DNA of 61,115 bases, filler included. It is 4 parts of 4 records of this genome, joined end to end, with 100 filler letters (N's around TTAATTAATTAA, not from the genome) between each part and the next. Parts side by side here need not be neighbours in the genome. Positions count along the whole stretch, not along the records: positions 1 to 26,030 come from SRR20825019_2767; 3 more parts are not named here. The stretch is one strand, 5' to 3'. The notes under the pieces are model-generated. The model ran no database searches, was not told where the DNA came from, and was given only the letters and a program-made list of their open reading frames with translations. A program made the translations under genes and the position numbers. Of the stretch, positions 9,667 to 18,812 are shown piece by piece. The number at the start of each line of letters is the position of its first letter. The first letter of the stretch is position 1.

Positions 9667-10359
9667 ATGAAATTGATTCAACTCCTTCTTTTATTAGTGA
9701 GCATTCCAACTCTTTCATTGAGTCAGGACATTAAGTCCGAGTTTTTGAAAATGGACGCTTACCTTGCTTCCTTGTCGATTTATCAATTGACAGTAGATTA
9801 TTCAGCTGTCGATGCTGAGTTGATAGAAGAAGGAAATGTCTCGGTAATCGTTCATCCCAAAGGGCTTTTCTATGAATTGGACAACGCTCATTTTATGATC
9901 AATGAGAAAAATACAGTCTTTATCGATGATCGTGAAAAAATGCTTGTATACTCAGACAATGTTGATGTTTCGAAGGGTAAAAAATTCAAATTGTCCGATC
10001 AATTGCTCAGAGGTCTTGATACGCTTATTGCGAAAAGTGATACAATGATCTTCTACAAACAAAACGAGGACAGAAATTATACATTTCGTTTTTCGAGCAG
10101 TTATTTTGACATGATTGAAATGACCTTTAGCGATAACTTGCTTAAAAAAGTGGTTTATTTCTATAATGATGAATTTGTAAGTCAGGTTGGGACGAGGACA
10201 ACGTGTACTGTAAAAATGAATACATCGCCTGAAGTGGACGAAAAAATATTTAATACCTCTTTCTACTTAATAGATAAGAATGGTCAAAAAGTACCATCAG
10301 AAAATTTTAGTAACTACTTAATCACGTACAATGAAGCATTGGAAAATTATCTTGACTAA
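9667..10359 (+). CDS. Secreted protein, possible LolA/LppX-like fold
   Basis: 230-aa ORF; signal peptide ending SLS|Q; pattern FYEL..AHFMINEKNTVFIDDREKMLVYS and terminal VDEKIFN resemble LolA-like carriers. Fold call is tentative. Confidence 0.6.
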   Translation: MKLIQLLLLLVSIPTLSLSQDIKSEFLKMDAYLASLSIYQLTVDYSAVDAELIEEGNVSVIVHPKGLFYELDNAHFMINEKNTVFIDDREKMLVYSDNVDVSKGKKFKLSDQLLRGLDTLIAKSDTMIFYKQNEDRNYTFRFSSSYFDMIEMTFSDNLLKKVVYFYNDEFVSQVGTRTTCTVKMNTSPEVDEKIFNTSFYLIDKNGQKVPSENFSNYLITYNEALENYLD

Positions 10360-13300
10360 TTTCTTATTGTTCCTCTTTTTAACCCCTGGAGCAATTTCTC
10401 AGGAGTTAATTACAACGGCTCATTTTGAAATGAACACGCTCGGGAATGGTAGCGAAATATTCGTTACCGATCCGCTTGAACCTGAACAAGCAGCCTTGCC
10501 AAATGATTTTAAAGTAGACAGACGATTTAGAGTAGAGTTGTTTTATAATCGAAATAATCACACCGACGAGTTAGGAGGCTTAGAATGGAGATTGTCTGTT
10601 CAATTTCAAGAAATAGGAACAGGTATTTCAAAGACATTGCTCATTGAAAACAGCCAGCAATCCAATGGGATATATTCCGCATGGGTGGATTTCATAGGTA
10701 CTTCTGCTTCAAAATACTGGAAGATCAGTTCGATCACTCCACAAAAAAAGGTAGCAACGAATTGGGTAAGTGCTTCTATTTCCGAATTGCCAGTTCAAGA
10801 CATTCACATGGAATGTTTGGTATTCAATGACCGCATAGTTGCATTAAGTCAAAATACATGTGTGAAGATGGAGCTTCAAGGAGAAGTTCTCTCTTGGCAA
10901 GCTGTTAAAGGTGCCGTAGAATATGATGTTGAGTGGGTGTTTATAGATAATTTTGACAACTTTACTTACAACCCATCCGTTCCTGAGGGACCATTCGACT
11001 TTAAAGAGCCCGTGCGAATTACCACTTACAAGCACTCCTACCAAATGGATCTTATTTATCCGGCAGGTAAAGTTTACTTTAGAGTGCGACCAAAAGGATA
11101 CTTTTTTAGAAATGGAAACCACGAAGTCTATTACAGTGGAAAATGGTGTTACGAAGGTAAAAATGGAAGTCAAAACTTTTTGTGGAATAACCCGACCGAT
11201 CACGAAGGATTAAAAACTTGGCAATATTCAGTGGCATACGCTGAAAATGGATTGTCTAAAAGTGCGATTTCGTATTACGACGGAACACTCAGAGCAAGGC
11301 AACAACTCTCGCGAATGAATAGTACCCAGCAAGTTGTGGCTGCAGGTACTGCCTACGATTATGAAGGTAGACAAACCGTTCAAATTATTCCAACACCAGT
11401 AAGCGGAGGAAGCCTCAATTATTTTAGCGATTTATACCGCGATAATACGGGCGGAATTTTTGATAAAACGGACTTCGATGAGGGAGTCAGTGAACCATTG
11501 GGCACAATGTCAGGAGCTGGAAGGTATTTTAGTCCAATGAATGACTTTTCGGGGATAGAACCCTTCCGTGATCGTATTCCAGATGCAGAAGGATATGCGT
11601 ATAGTCAAGTGAAATTTCATCACGACAATACAGGGCGTCCAGTTAGTCAATCAGGCATTGGAAAAACGCATCGAATGGGAGGCGGGCACGAGTCCTATTT
11701 CTTCTATGTAAAACCATCCGATCGCGATTTAAGAGAATTGTTCGGTTCGAATGTTGGCGATGCTACGCATTATGAAAAGATGATCTCTGTCGATCAAAAC
11801 GGCCAAGCTTCTGTTGCTTATACTGATATTCAGGGGAGAGTAATTGCAAGTGGTCTGTTCGGTGGAAATCCAAATAACTTGTTGCCATTGGATAACAATC
11901 CTGGAGGCACTTCAAACTTGGTGACTTCCTCGCTCATGTCTTCAAATGTTATTTCAACAGATCCACAAGGAAATACATCCAGTGTAACCGATTACTATCA
12001 CATGAATATGGGAAGTAATGAAATTACAATTGAGTATGATTTAAATTCTGGCGGACTTGTTCAAAACAACGCCATTTTTGGAGCGGGAAATTGTGCTTCT
12101 TGTATGTACGAACTCACCATTAAGTTGACTGATCCAACGGGCTTATTGGTTGATTTGAACTATACGTCTCAAACTGATAGCCAAATATATCCTTACATCT
12201 ATGAAAAATATTCTGGGGCATCTATTGATTGTAACAGTAGCACTTTTAATCCTTCGCTCTCTTCCATTTTTCAATCACTTATCATAGATAAAACAGGTGC
12301 TTACCATATTGAAAAAATCCTCAAAGCAGATAATGCATCAATAGCGGCATATATTGCTGCCAATGCAGGAACAATGCCTGGAGCGCCAGATTTGGCAGCA
12401 ATAACTGCTAGTTACATGTCCAACATTGTAACCACGGGATGTGGGATCGACTGTCAGTCCTTCTTTGAACAAGAATGTCGTGAAGAATTATCGCTTCCAA
12501 TATCAGGAACGTTATCCGTGAATGATTCAATTAGTGTTGCGCAGTGCATTCAGTCAAAATGTGATGTTGTTTATGCAGATATGCAGAACGACCTAGGAGC
12601 GGAAGGAAATCCTTGCAATATGCTAAAAGGAATGCTTGCTGGCGATGTTTCTCCTGGGGGCTGGGTTTTTGAAGAAGACCTTGATTGGCAAACAACAACC
12701 ACGAACTGGATGCTTTCATTTCCACTTGCGGCTGGAGGAAATTTCACTCCTGTTTCTTTACAGGATTTAGCAAACAATTGGGAATATGGATGGGAAGACC
12801 TGATGGTAACTACCCACCCTGAATACTGTCATTATACTAAATGCGTTGATCTCGAAGCAATCAGTAATTTTTCCAATAGCATGTTTGAAGAAACAACGAT
12901 GGCTGGTGGTCAAGGAGCGTTATACATAAATGGTGCGTATGATTTCTTGAATACAGGAGATCCACTTTTCACGAACCCAATGTATTCAGGTGCCGCAACT
13001 GGTTGGTTGAATGGAATTAACAACAATTATCAAGGCACTGGAGGAAGCATCTACGATTACATTACAACGGATTTGTTTCCAAACAACCCTAGTATGACCG
13101 AAGATGCCAATGGGATCCAAATTCCTGTAGGATCTCCAGATTATGTTAATCTAGTGTGGTCTACTATGCGCACGCTGTACCTTGGTGAACGCTTTATGTT
13201 CTACGAGGAAAACTATGTGTATTCAGGATGCTCGCCTGCATACTACGATCATCCAAGTGCGAACTTCCATGATCCGCTGGAATTAGTAACCGCTGGAGCA

Positions 13301-16300
13301 AATGGTGGTTATCCTGACTTCTTTAATCCTGTAAATTCGGGATGTGCTGAAATTTGTAATGCGAATGTGATCCAATGGATGAGTCAAATAGAGGATGAGT
13401 GTCCAAACCTATCGGCTGATGACCTAGCTACCATCAATGAAAACCTTCAAAATTACTGTTTAAGTGACTGTGACGGTGTGTTCAATATTGCGGGAATGCT
13501 TCAAATGAGCGATCTCGTTGCACCTATTCATCCCAACTTGGAAAATATCGAAAGTATTTTGAGTACTGAATGTGGTTATTCATTGTGGTCAATGGCCATT
13601 GATGATACGTGCAAAGAAGCTTCTACTTACACGATGAATAATGTAATCGTTTTAGGTACGACATTTCAACAGAATCTATCCGTACTTACGTCATGTTATA
13701 CGACCAATTACAACCAATTCATAAATGCCCCTGCCATTACGGCTAATCCAAACTACTTATCAGATTACACGCAGTTGTTTTGGGACAATTCGATGGAGAT
13801 TATCCTAGAATATGGAGGAGGGTTGTATCCACCGGCTCAGGTTACCTACTACATAAATGACATTGCCGCAATAAGTGTAATTAATCAATCAGTGATAGGA
13901 ACTCAAATTGTTTTTACAATTCGTGTTACATTGAATAATGGAACTTCTGTCGATCATTTAGTAAATCAATTCAGCATCTCTAAAAAAACTGGGGGTTGGG
14001 AAAAATTCTTAATTGATCGGGTGAAGATTCAATCCATTACAGGTACGATGTGTGATGACGTGATGGAAAATCCATTTGCGTATGATTTTGATCTTCAATC
14101 ATGGATAGATGATTGTATCGAGGATATTGAGCTCGAAGCAACTATTTTGGCTCAGCAAGAGTACCAAGATTTACTCGATCAATTAATTAGTGATATGTTC
14201 GGGGCATTCCAAAGCCAATGTTTCAACAATGGATTAATGGAGGAATTTACCATTGACTATGAAAAGCAGGAGTACGCCTTCACGCTCTACTATTATGATC
14301 GCGCTGGGAACCTCGTTCAAACAGTCCCACCACAAGGAGTACATATTGTAACGGGCAACAATTTCCCTGGCGGTGTTTGGAATGGCACAGAGCCTCTGCA
14401 CGACATGAAAACGATGTATACTTACAACTCCCTTGGGCAACCAATTAAAACCCAAACGCCAGATGGAGGAACATCGAAGTTTTACTACAATAGTGCACAA
14501 CAACTGAGATTCTCGCAAAATGATTATCAGGCGATAAGCAATAATTACTCGTACACGCGCTTCGATGCACTCGGAAGACCAATAGAAGTTGGGGTAAAAC
14601 AAATTTCAAACTTCGCAACCAACTTTATTGGTTTTAGAAACGACAATAGTTACCCGCAATCAACAATGGGATCTCCATCAAGAGAGGTAACAAAAACGTT
14701 CTATGAGGAACAGACACTTACCCTTGACCCAACGCTCGGATGGAATCCGAAGGATTTGAATACGCGGATTGCTTCCATTGCCTATTATGCAACATATACA
14801 GGGAATCAGAATAGCTATTCTTCTGCCAGCTTTTACGATTATGACATTCAGGGAAATGTAAAAGTATTCCTCAGCGACAACCCACTAATGGGCACAACAC
14901 AGAGATACAAAACAGTAGATTATGACTATGATGTCTATTCTGGAAAAATGAACGAAGTTTGGTATCAAAAGGATCAAGTCGATCAGTTTGTTCACCGTTA
15001 CGCTTATGATGATGACAATCGTTTATTGTACGTAGAAACCTCCAGAGACGGAATCACGTGGGATAAGGACGCCGAATATTTTTACTATCTTACTGGTGCA
15101 CTCGCTCGCATGGAATTGGGAGACAACAAGGTGCAAGGAATTGATTACGCTTACACGATGAATGGTTGGTTGAAAGGAGTGAATAGCAATACGCTTGAAG
15201 CGCGACGCGACATGGGACAAGATGGAGCAACGCTCAATACCGCGAATAAATGGATCGCGCAAGATGCCTTTGGTTTTAGTTTAACTTATTTCAACGATGA
15301 AAACCTAGAGGTAGATTATACACCGATCAATGGGCCAACTACCCAAGATTTAAAATGGTTTGCTGGAAATGAATCTCAGTTCATGCCATCTACAGGTGCG
15401 AATCTTTACAATGGAAACATCCGCGCGATGGTAACTGCCATCCGAAAAACGGATTACTCCCTACTCAATCCTATTGCAAAAGTGTATCAGTATGACCAAT
15501 TGCAACGAATCAAAGAGGCCAAAACATTTGTAGCGAACAATTTGGTGAATGATAATACATGGACAAGCGGAGCATTTACTTCCGCGTATGAGTCATCGTA
15601 TTCATTTGATCTCAACGGAAACTTAACCCAATTAACGAGAAATGGAAGTGGTAAAGCTGCTGACGGAACTATAATAAGCGAGCAAATGGATAATTTCACC
15701 TATAACTATGAAAATGGTTCAGGTGGATCTGTGGTGTTGCCAACAGTACTCAATCGTTTGTTTAGTGTGCAGGATGCTGTTACAACGAGCCCTTACGCTG
15801 ACGATATTAAAAACGGACAGTCCTCAGCAACGGCAAATTATACCTATGATCAAATTGGTCGCTTAGTTTCGGATGTTGATGAAGAAATCCTTTCGATTGA
15901 ATGGACAGTGACGAGCAAGGTGCGCTACATAACTCGAACTCCAGGAAGTACGATGAGTGATGTAGAATTCAAATACGATCCAATGGGGAATCGGATCGCA
16001 AAAATTGAGTATCCTGCCGCTCCTGGTAGTGATATTACAACTACCTTCTATGTCCGCGATGCTCAAGGAAACCTCATGGCGACCTACCAAAAAGTGGCAA
16101 CAACAACCCAGTTAAGTGACTTTGAAATCTATGGTTCAAGCCGCCTTGGAGTACAACAGGTGAACGAAACAATGACTGGATTGCCTAATTTTAATTACTG
16201 TTCTTCGGACGATAACCGCGCAAGTGCTATTCTTGAAATAAGTGCTGCAACATTCATTTCAGGAGAGTCCGTTCAGTATAAAATTGGTAGTACGGTGCTT

Positions 16301-17860
16301 AATAATGCAGTTACCTGGGGAGCGAGCCTAGAGTCCAACATTAAAAATTTAATTGCAGCAGTGAATGCAAAAACTGTAACAACAGACGTAAGTGCTACGT
16401 TATGGCACAGTAGTAACGCAACGAATACATTTTACGTGCAATTCACCTTCAATCAACCAGGAAACTGGACAGGACTAAATGTTTCTACATACGTGAATGG
16501 AGCACTTGGTACCGCAGCGAAGTACACGCCAAAACGCGCAATGGGCTACGGTTCATGCCAAGGAAGTGACATTGTTGGCGCGAAGCGCTATGAACTCTCC
16601 AATCATTTGGGCAATGTTCTTTCAGTAATAACCGACCGTAAATGGAGTGTTGACGGTGGAACATTTAACGCAAGTGGAATTCAGATTTCGTCTACCGAAG
16701 ACGGACAAGTAGATTACTATCAAGCAACAATTGTTTCGTATAGCGATTATTATCCGTTTGGGATGCTAATGGATCAAAGACATGGTTCTAATGGGGATTA
16801 CAGGTATGGCTTCCAAGGACAAGAGAAGGATGATGAAATATCTGGAGAAGGAAATAGCTACACAGCAGAGTTCTGGCAGTATGACTCCCGTCTGGGTAGA
16901 CGATGGAATATGGACCCTATTGTAAAACCATTCGAGTCATGCTATGCGACCTTTGGAGGAAGTCCAATCTTTAGAGTAGATCCGAATGGTGATGATTGGT
17001 ATGAAAGAACTATCACAAGTGAAGGAGGAGAGGAGAGCATAGAGCATAAATGGTTCGATGGTAGTGATGCCCAAGATGGATGGGAACATATTGGGACTTA
17101 TTATCTTTCAAAAAATGAAGAGGCTACTCAAATGACCGTTCATAACGGGGAGACAGAAAAACTTAACTTTAGTTTAAATGAGGGAAGATTAGATATGGTA
17201 ATGCAATCGGATTTATCTGGTGCCTTTGTACTCGAGGATGAGGTATTTATGGGTAGTAATTTATTTGAATTATCAGAGGGAGTTAAAGAATTTAATTACT
17301 TGACTGCTAGGTTAATGGATGCTGGCATTAAATTTGGTACTGTGATGTTAGTGGGGCATGGTTCATATGTCTATTCCAGCGATAGGTTTATTCGAATCGG
17401 TTCGGCGCAAATTACTTTAACTGAAACTTTATTTGAAGGTCTTGACGGAACGAATTTTGCAAATTCCTTTGATGCAAAATCTAACATGGTCTTATATCAG
17501 TGCAGTGGAGCAAGAGCGACAAAATCTGGTTTGGAACAGGATATGCTTATTTATGAAAAGTTTTCCAAAACATTAGGTGGAGCGAATATATTTATATCTT
17601 ATGGTGCAGTAGTGCCTAATCCGTTTGAAAATAATGGAAATACTACCGGAGATAGTAAAAGCGCCGAAAATTATTTCGCTTTTAATGGAATAAAAGTTAA
17701 CAATACAATCAGAACAATTATAAATAACAACGAATTATGGCTTAAAGTTCAAAATAATAATTCTAATCATTTGTATGGATTTAGATTGAATTTGAACAAC
17801 AATAATTTGGTGATTACATCCGATGAAAGTAAAGAAGCTGTGCCGTCAAATTTCAAATAG
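10331..17860 (+). CDS. Rhs/YD-repeat polymorphic toxin with Sec signal peptide (2509 aa)
   Basis: Signal peptide ending AIS|Q; FN3-like and DUF6443-like N-terminus (ISYYDGTLRARQ, AYDYEGRQ); YD repeats; Rhs core RYELSNHLGNVL, DYYPFGM, YRYGFQGQEKDDE, DPNG at 16979-16990; ~290-aa C-terminal tip. Confidence 0.92.
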   Translation: MKHWKIILTNFLLFLFLTPGAISQELITTAHFEMNTLGNGSEIFVTDPLEPEQAALPNDFKVDRRFRVELFYNRNNHTDELGGLEWRLSVQFQEIGTGISKTLLIENSQQSNGIYSAWVDFIGTSASKYWKISSITPQKKVATNWVSASISELPVQDIHMECLVFNDRIVALSQNTCVKMELQGEVLSWQAVKGAVEYDVEWVFIDNFDNFTYNPSVPEGPFDFKEPVRITTYKHSYQMDLIYPAGKVYFRVRPKGYFFRNGNHEVYYSGKWCYEGKNGSQNFLWNNPTDHEGLKTWQYSVAYAENGLSKSAISYYDGTLRARQQLSRMNSTQQVVAAGTAYDYEGRQTVQIIPTPVSGGSLNYFSDLYRDNTGGIFDKTDFDEGVSEPLGTMSGAGRYFSPMNDFSGIEPFRDRIPDAEGYAYSQVKFHHDNTGRPVSQSGIGKTHRMGGGHESYFFYVKPSDRDLRELFGSNVGDATHYEKMISVDQNGQASVAYTDIQGRVIASGLFGGNPNNLLPLDNNPGGTSNLVTSSLMSSNVISTDPQGNTSSVTDYYHMNMGSNEITIEYDLNSGGLVQNNAIFGAGNCASCMYELTIKLTDPTGLLVDLNYTSQTDSQIYPYIYEKYSGASIDCNSSTFNPSLSSIFQSLIIDKTGAYHIEKILKADNASIAAYIAANAGTMPGAPDLAAITASYMSNIVTTGCGIDCQSFFEQECREELSLPISGTLSVNDSISVAQCIQSKCDVVYADMQNDLGAEGNPCNMLKGMLAGDVSPGGWVFEEDLDWQTTTTNWMLSFPLAAGGNFTPVSLQDLANNWEYGWEDLMVTTHPEYCHYTKCVDLEAISNFSNSMFEETTMAGGQGALYINGAYDFLNTGDPLFTNPMYSGAATGWLNGINNNYQGTGGSIYDYITTDLFPNNPSMTEDANGIQIPVGSPDYVNLVWSTMRTLYLGERFMFYEENYVYSGCSPAYYDHPSANFHDPLELVTAGANGGYPDFFNPVNSGCAEICNANVIQWMSQIEDECPNLSADDLATINENLQNYCLSDCDGVFNIAGMLQMSDLVAPIHPNLENIESILSTECGYSLWSMAIDDTCKEASTYTMNNVIVLGTTFQQNLSVLTSCYTTNYNQFINAPAITANPNYLSDYTQLFWDNSMEIILEYGGGLYPPAQVTYYINDIAAISVINQSVIGTQIVFTIRVTLNNGTSVDHLVNQFSISKKTGGWEKFLIDRVKIQSITGTMCDDVMENPFAYDFDLQSWIDDCIEDIELEATILAQQEYQDLLDQLISDMFGAFQSQCFNNGLMEEFTIDYEKQEYAFTLYYYDRAGNLVQTVPPQGVHIVTGNNFPGGVWNGTEPLHDMKTMYTYNSLGQPIKTQTPDGGTSKFYYNSAQQLRFSQNDYQAISNNYSYTRFDALGRPIEVGVKQISNFATNFIGFRNDNSYPQSTMGSPSREVTKTFYEEQTLTLDPTLGWNPKDLNTRIASIAYYATYTGNQNSYSSASFYDYDIQGNVKVFLSDNPLMGTTQRYKTVDYDYDVYSGKMNEVWYQKDQVDQFVHRYAYDDDNRLLYVETSRDGITWDKDAEYFYYLTGALARMELGDNKVQGIDYAYTMNGWLKGVNSNTLEARRDMGQDGATLNTANKWIAQDAFGFSLTYFNDENLEVDYTPINGPTTQDLKWFAGNESQFMPSTGANLYNGNIRAMVTAIRKTDYSLLNPIAKVYQYDQLQRIKEAKTFVANNLVNDNTWTSGAFTSAYESSYSFDLNGNLTQLTRNGSGKAADGTIISEQMDNFTYNYENGSGGSVVLPTVLNRLFSVQDAVTTSPYADDIKNGQSSATANYTYDQIGRLVSDVDEEILSIEWTVTSKVRYITRTPGSTMSDVEFKYDPMGNRIAKIEYPAAPGSDITTTFYVRDAQGNLMATYQKVATTTQLSDFEIYGSSRLGVQQVNETMTGLPNFNYCSSDDNRASAILEISAATFISGESVQYKIGSTVLNNAVTWGASLESNIKNLIAAVNAKTVTTDVSATLWHSSNATNTFYVQFTFNQPGNWTGLNVSTYVNGALGTAAKYTPKRAMGYGSCQGSDIVGAKRYELSNHLGNVLSVITDRKWSVDGGTFNASGIQISSTEDGQVDYYQATIVSYSDYYPFGMLMDQRHGSNGDYRYGFQGQEKDDEISGEGNSYTAEFWQYDSRLGRRWNMDPIVKPFESCYATFGGSPIFRVDPNGDDWYERTITSEGGEESIEHKWFDGSDAQDGWEHIGTYYLSKNEEATQMTVHNGETEKLNFSLNEGRLDMVMQSDLSGAFVLEDEVFMGSNLFELSEGVKEFNYLTARLMDAGIKFGTVMLVGHGSYVYSSDRFIRIGSAQITLTETLFEGLDGTNFANSFDAKSNMVLYQCSGARATKSGLEQDMLIYEKFSKTLGGANIFISYGAVVPNPFENNGNTTGDSKSAENYFAFNGIKVNNTIRTIINNNELWLKVQNNNSNHLYGFRLNLNNNNLVITSDESKEAVPSNFK

Positions 17861-17866
17861 AAATGT

Positions 17867-18370
17867 ATGTTAAGAAAATTATTAATCCTATTATTAGTTA
17901 ATTCAAACTTTTGTTATTCTCAATCTAAGCAAGATAGTAGTGCATATGATTATTTAGTTAATGTCTGGAATACTAATGCTGTCAGAGATAGCTTCGTTTT
18001 TAGTTTGGACTCTAACTCTATTGATCTGTACAAGGTATCCTTTCCTGAAGGGAAGAGTAGGCTCAGAATGAAGTATGGTTATGTTCATGATATTTCTGGA
18101 ATTTATTGTTTTCAAATCATTTCTTCGGACTTGGAAAAAGTTCTTTATGATTTCAATCGGCAAGAGCCTTCAAATGGTTATCCCAAGCATACCTTTTTTA
18201 AATTACGTTATGTTTACGATGGTTCGACATTCTACTGTTATCGAACACATGAAATGTTGAGCGGTTTCGGAAAAGAGTACCCATTCTTTTTAGAATCAAT
18301 AGTTGATTATTCTTTTCAAGGGTTTAATATGCCTTTTGTAATTAAAGATGAAGTCTATTACACGAGGTAG
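17867..18370 (+). CDS. Putative Rhs immunity protein (exported)
   Basis: 167-aa AT-rich ORF 6 nt after the Rhs stop; signal peptide ending CYS|Q; position typical of cognate immunity genes. Confidence 0.65.
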   Translation: MLRKLLILLLVNSNFCYSQSKQDSSAYDYLVNVWNTNAVRDSFVFSLDSNSIDLYKVSFPEGKSRLRMKYGYVHDISGIYCFQIISSDLEKVLYDFNRQEPSNGYPKHTFFKLRYVYDGSTFYCYRTHEMLSGFGKEYPFFLESIVDYSFQGFNMPFVIKDEVYYTR

Positions 18371-18410
18371 TGCAGTGTCAAATGGGTGATGGTTCAAGCC
18401 GACTTGGTAA

Positions 18411-18585
18411 TGGTCCATTTTGCACTTTTTGGCCCTTCAGGCATTTAACTACCTGATTGCTAATAGTTAATAGTTTCATTGAATGTTTAAAATATTGTAA
18501 GTTAGTACAACAGAAACGGAGATCATTTCTTAGAATTGATCTATAGAGTTCATTTTAAACCTCGTGGTCCAATCTGCACTTTTTG
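18411..18585. repeat. Pair of 21-bp imperfect direct repeats
   Basis: TGGTCCATTTTGCACTTTTTG (18411-18431) and TGGTCCAATCTGCACTTTTTG (18565-18585), 19/21 identical. Confidence 0.7.
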
Positions 18586-18812
18586 ATTTTTTAAAAATTA
18601 AAACGCTGAAAAACAAACAACTAAAAAAGCAAGCTATTTGAGATAACCGACAAGCTTTGAAAAGTCAGATTTACCCAATACAGCTTTTGCGTAACTGCTT
18701 TTAATCCTCTGGTCCTGCGCCGCTAAAACAAAAAACCACTCCCTAACATCATCCCAACCTTTGATTCGAAAAATAGTATGCTTTTCTTACTCCCAAATTA
18801 AAAACTTAATCT

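Noticed and set aside
18698-18726. CTTTTAATCCTCTGGTCCTG resembles a tRNA anticodon-loop/variable-loop fragment, a possible attR for an island at tRNA-Asn
   Set aside because: It matches the tRNA-Asn sequence poorly, has no T-arm, and no integrase is nearby; it could be chance.
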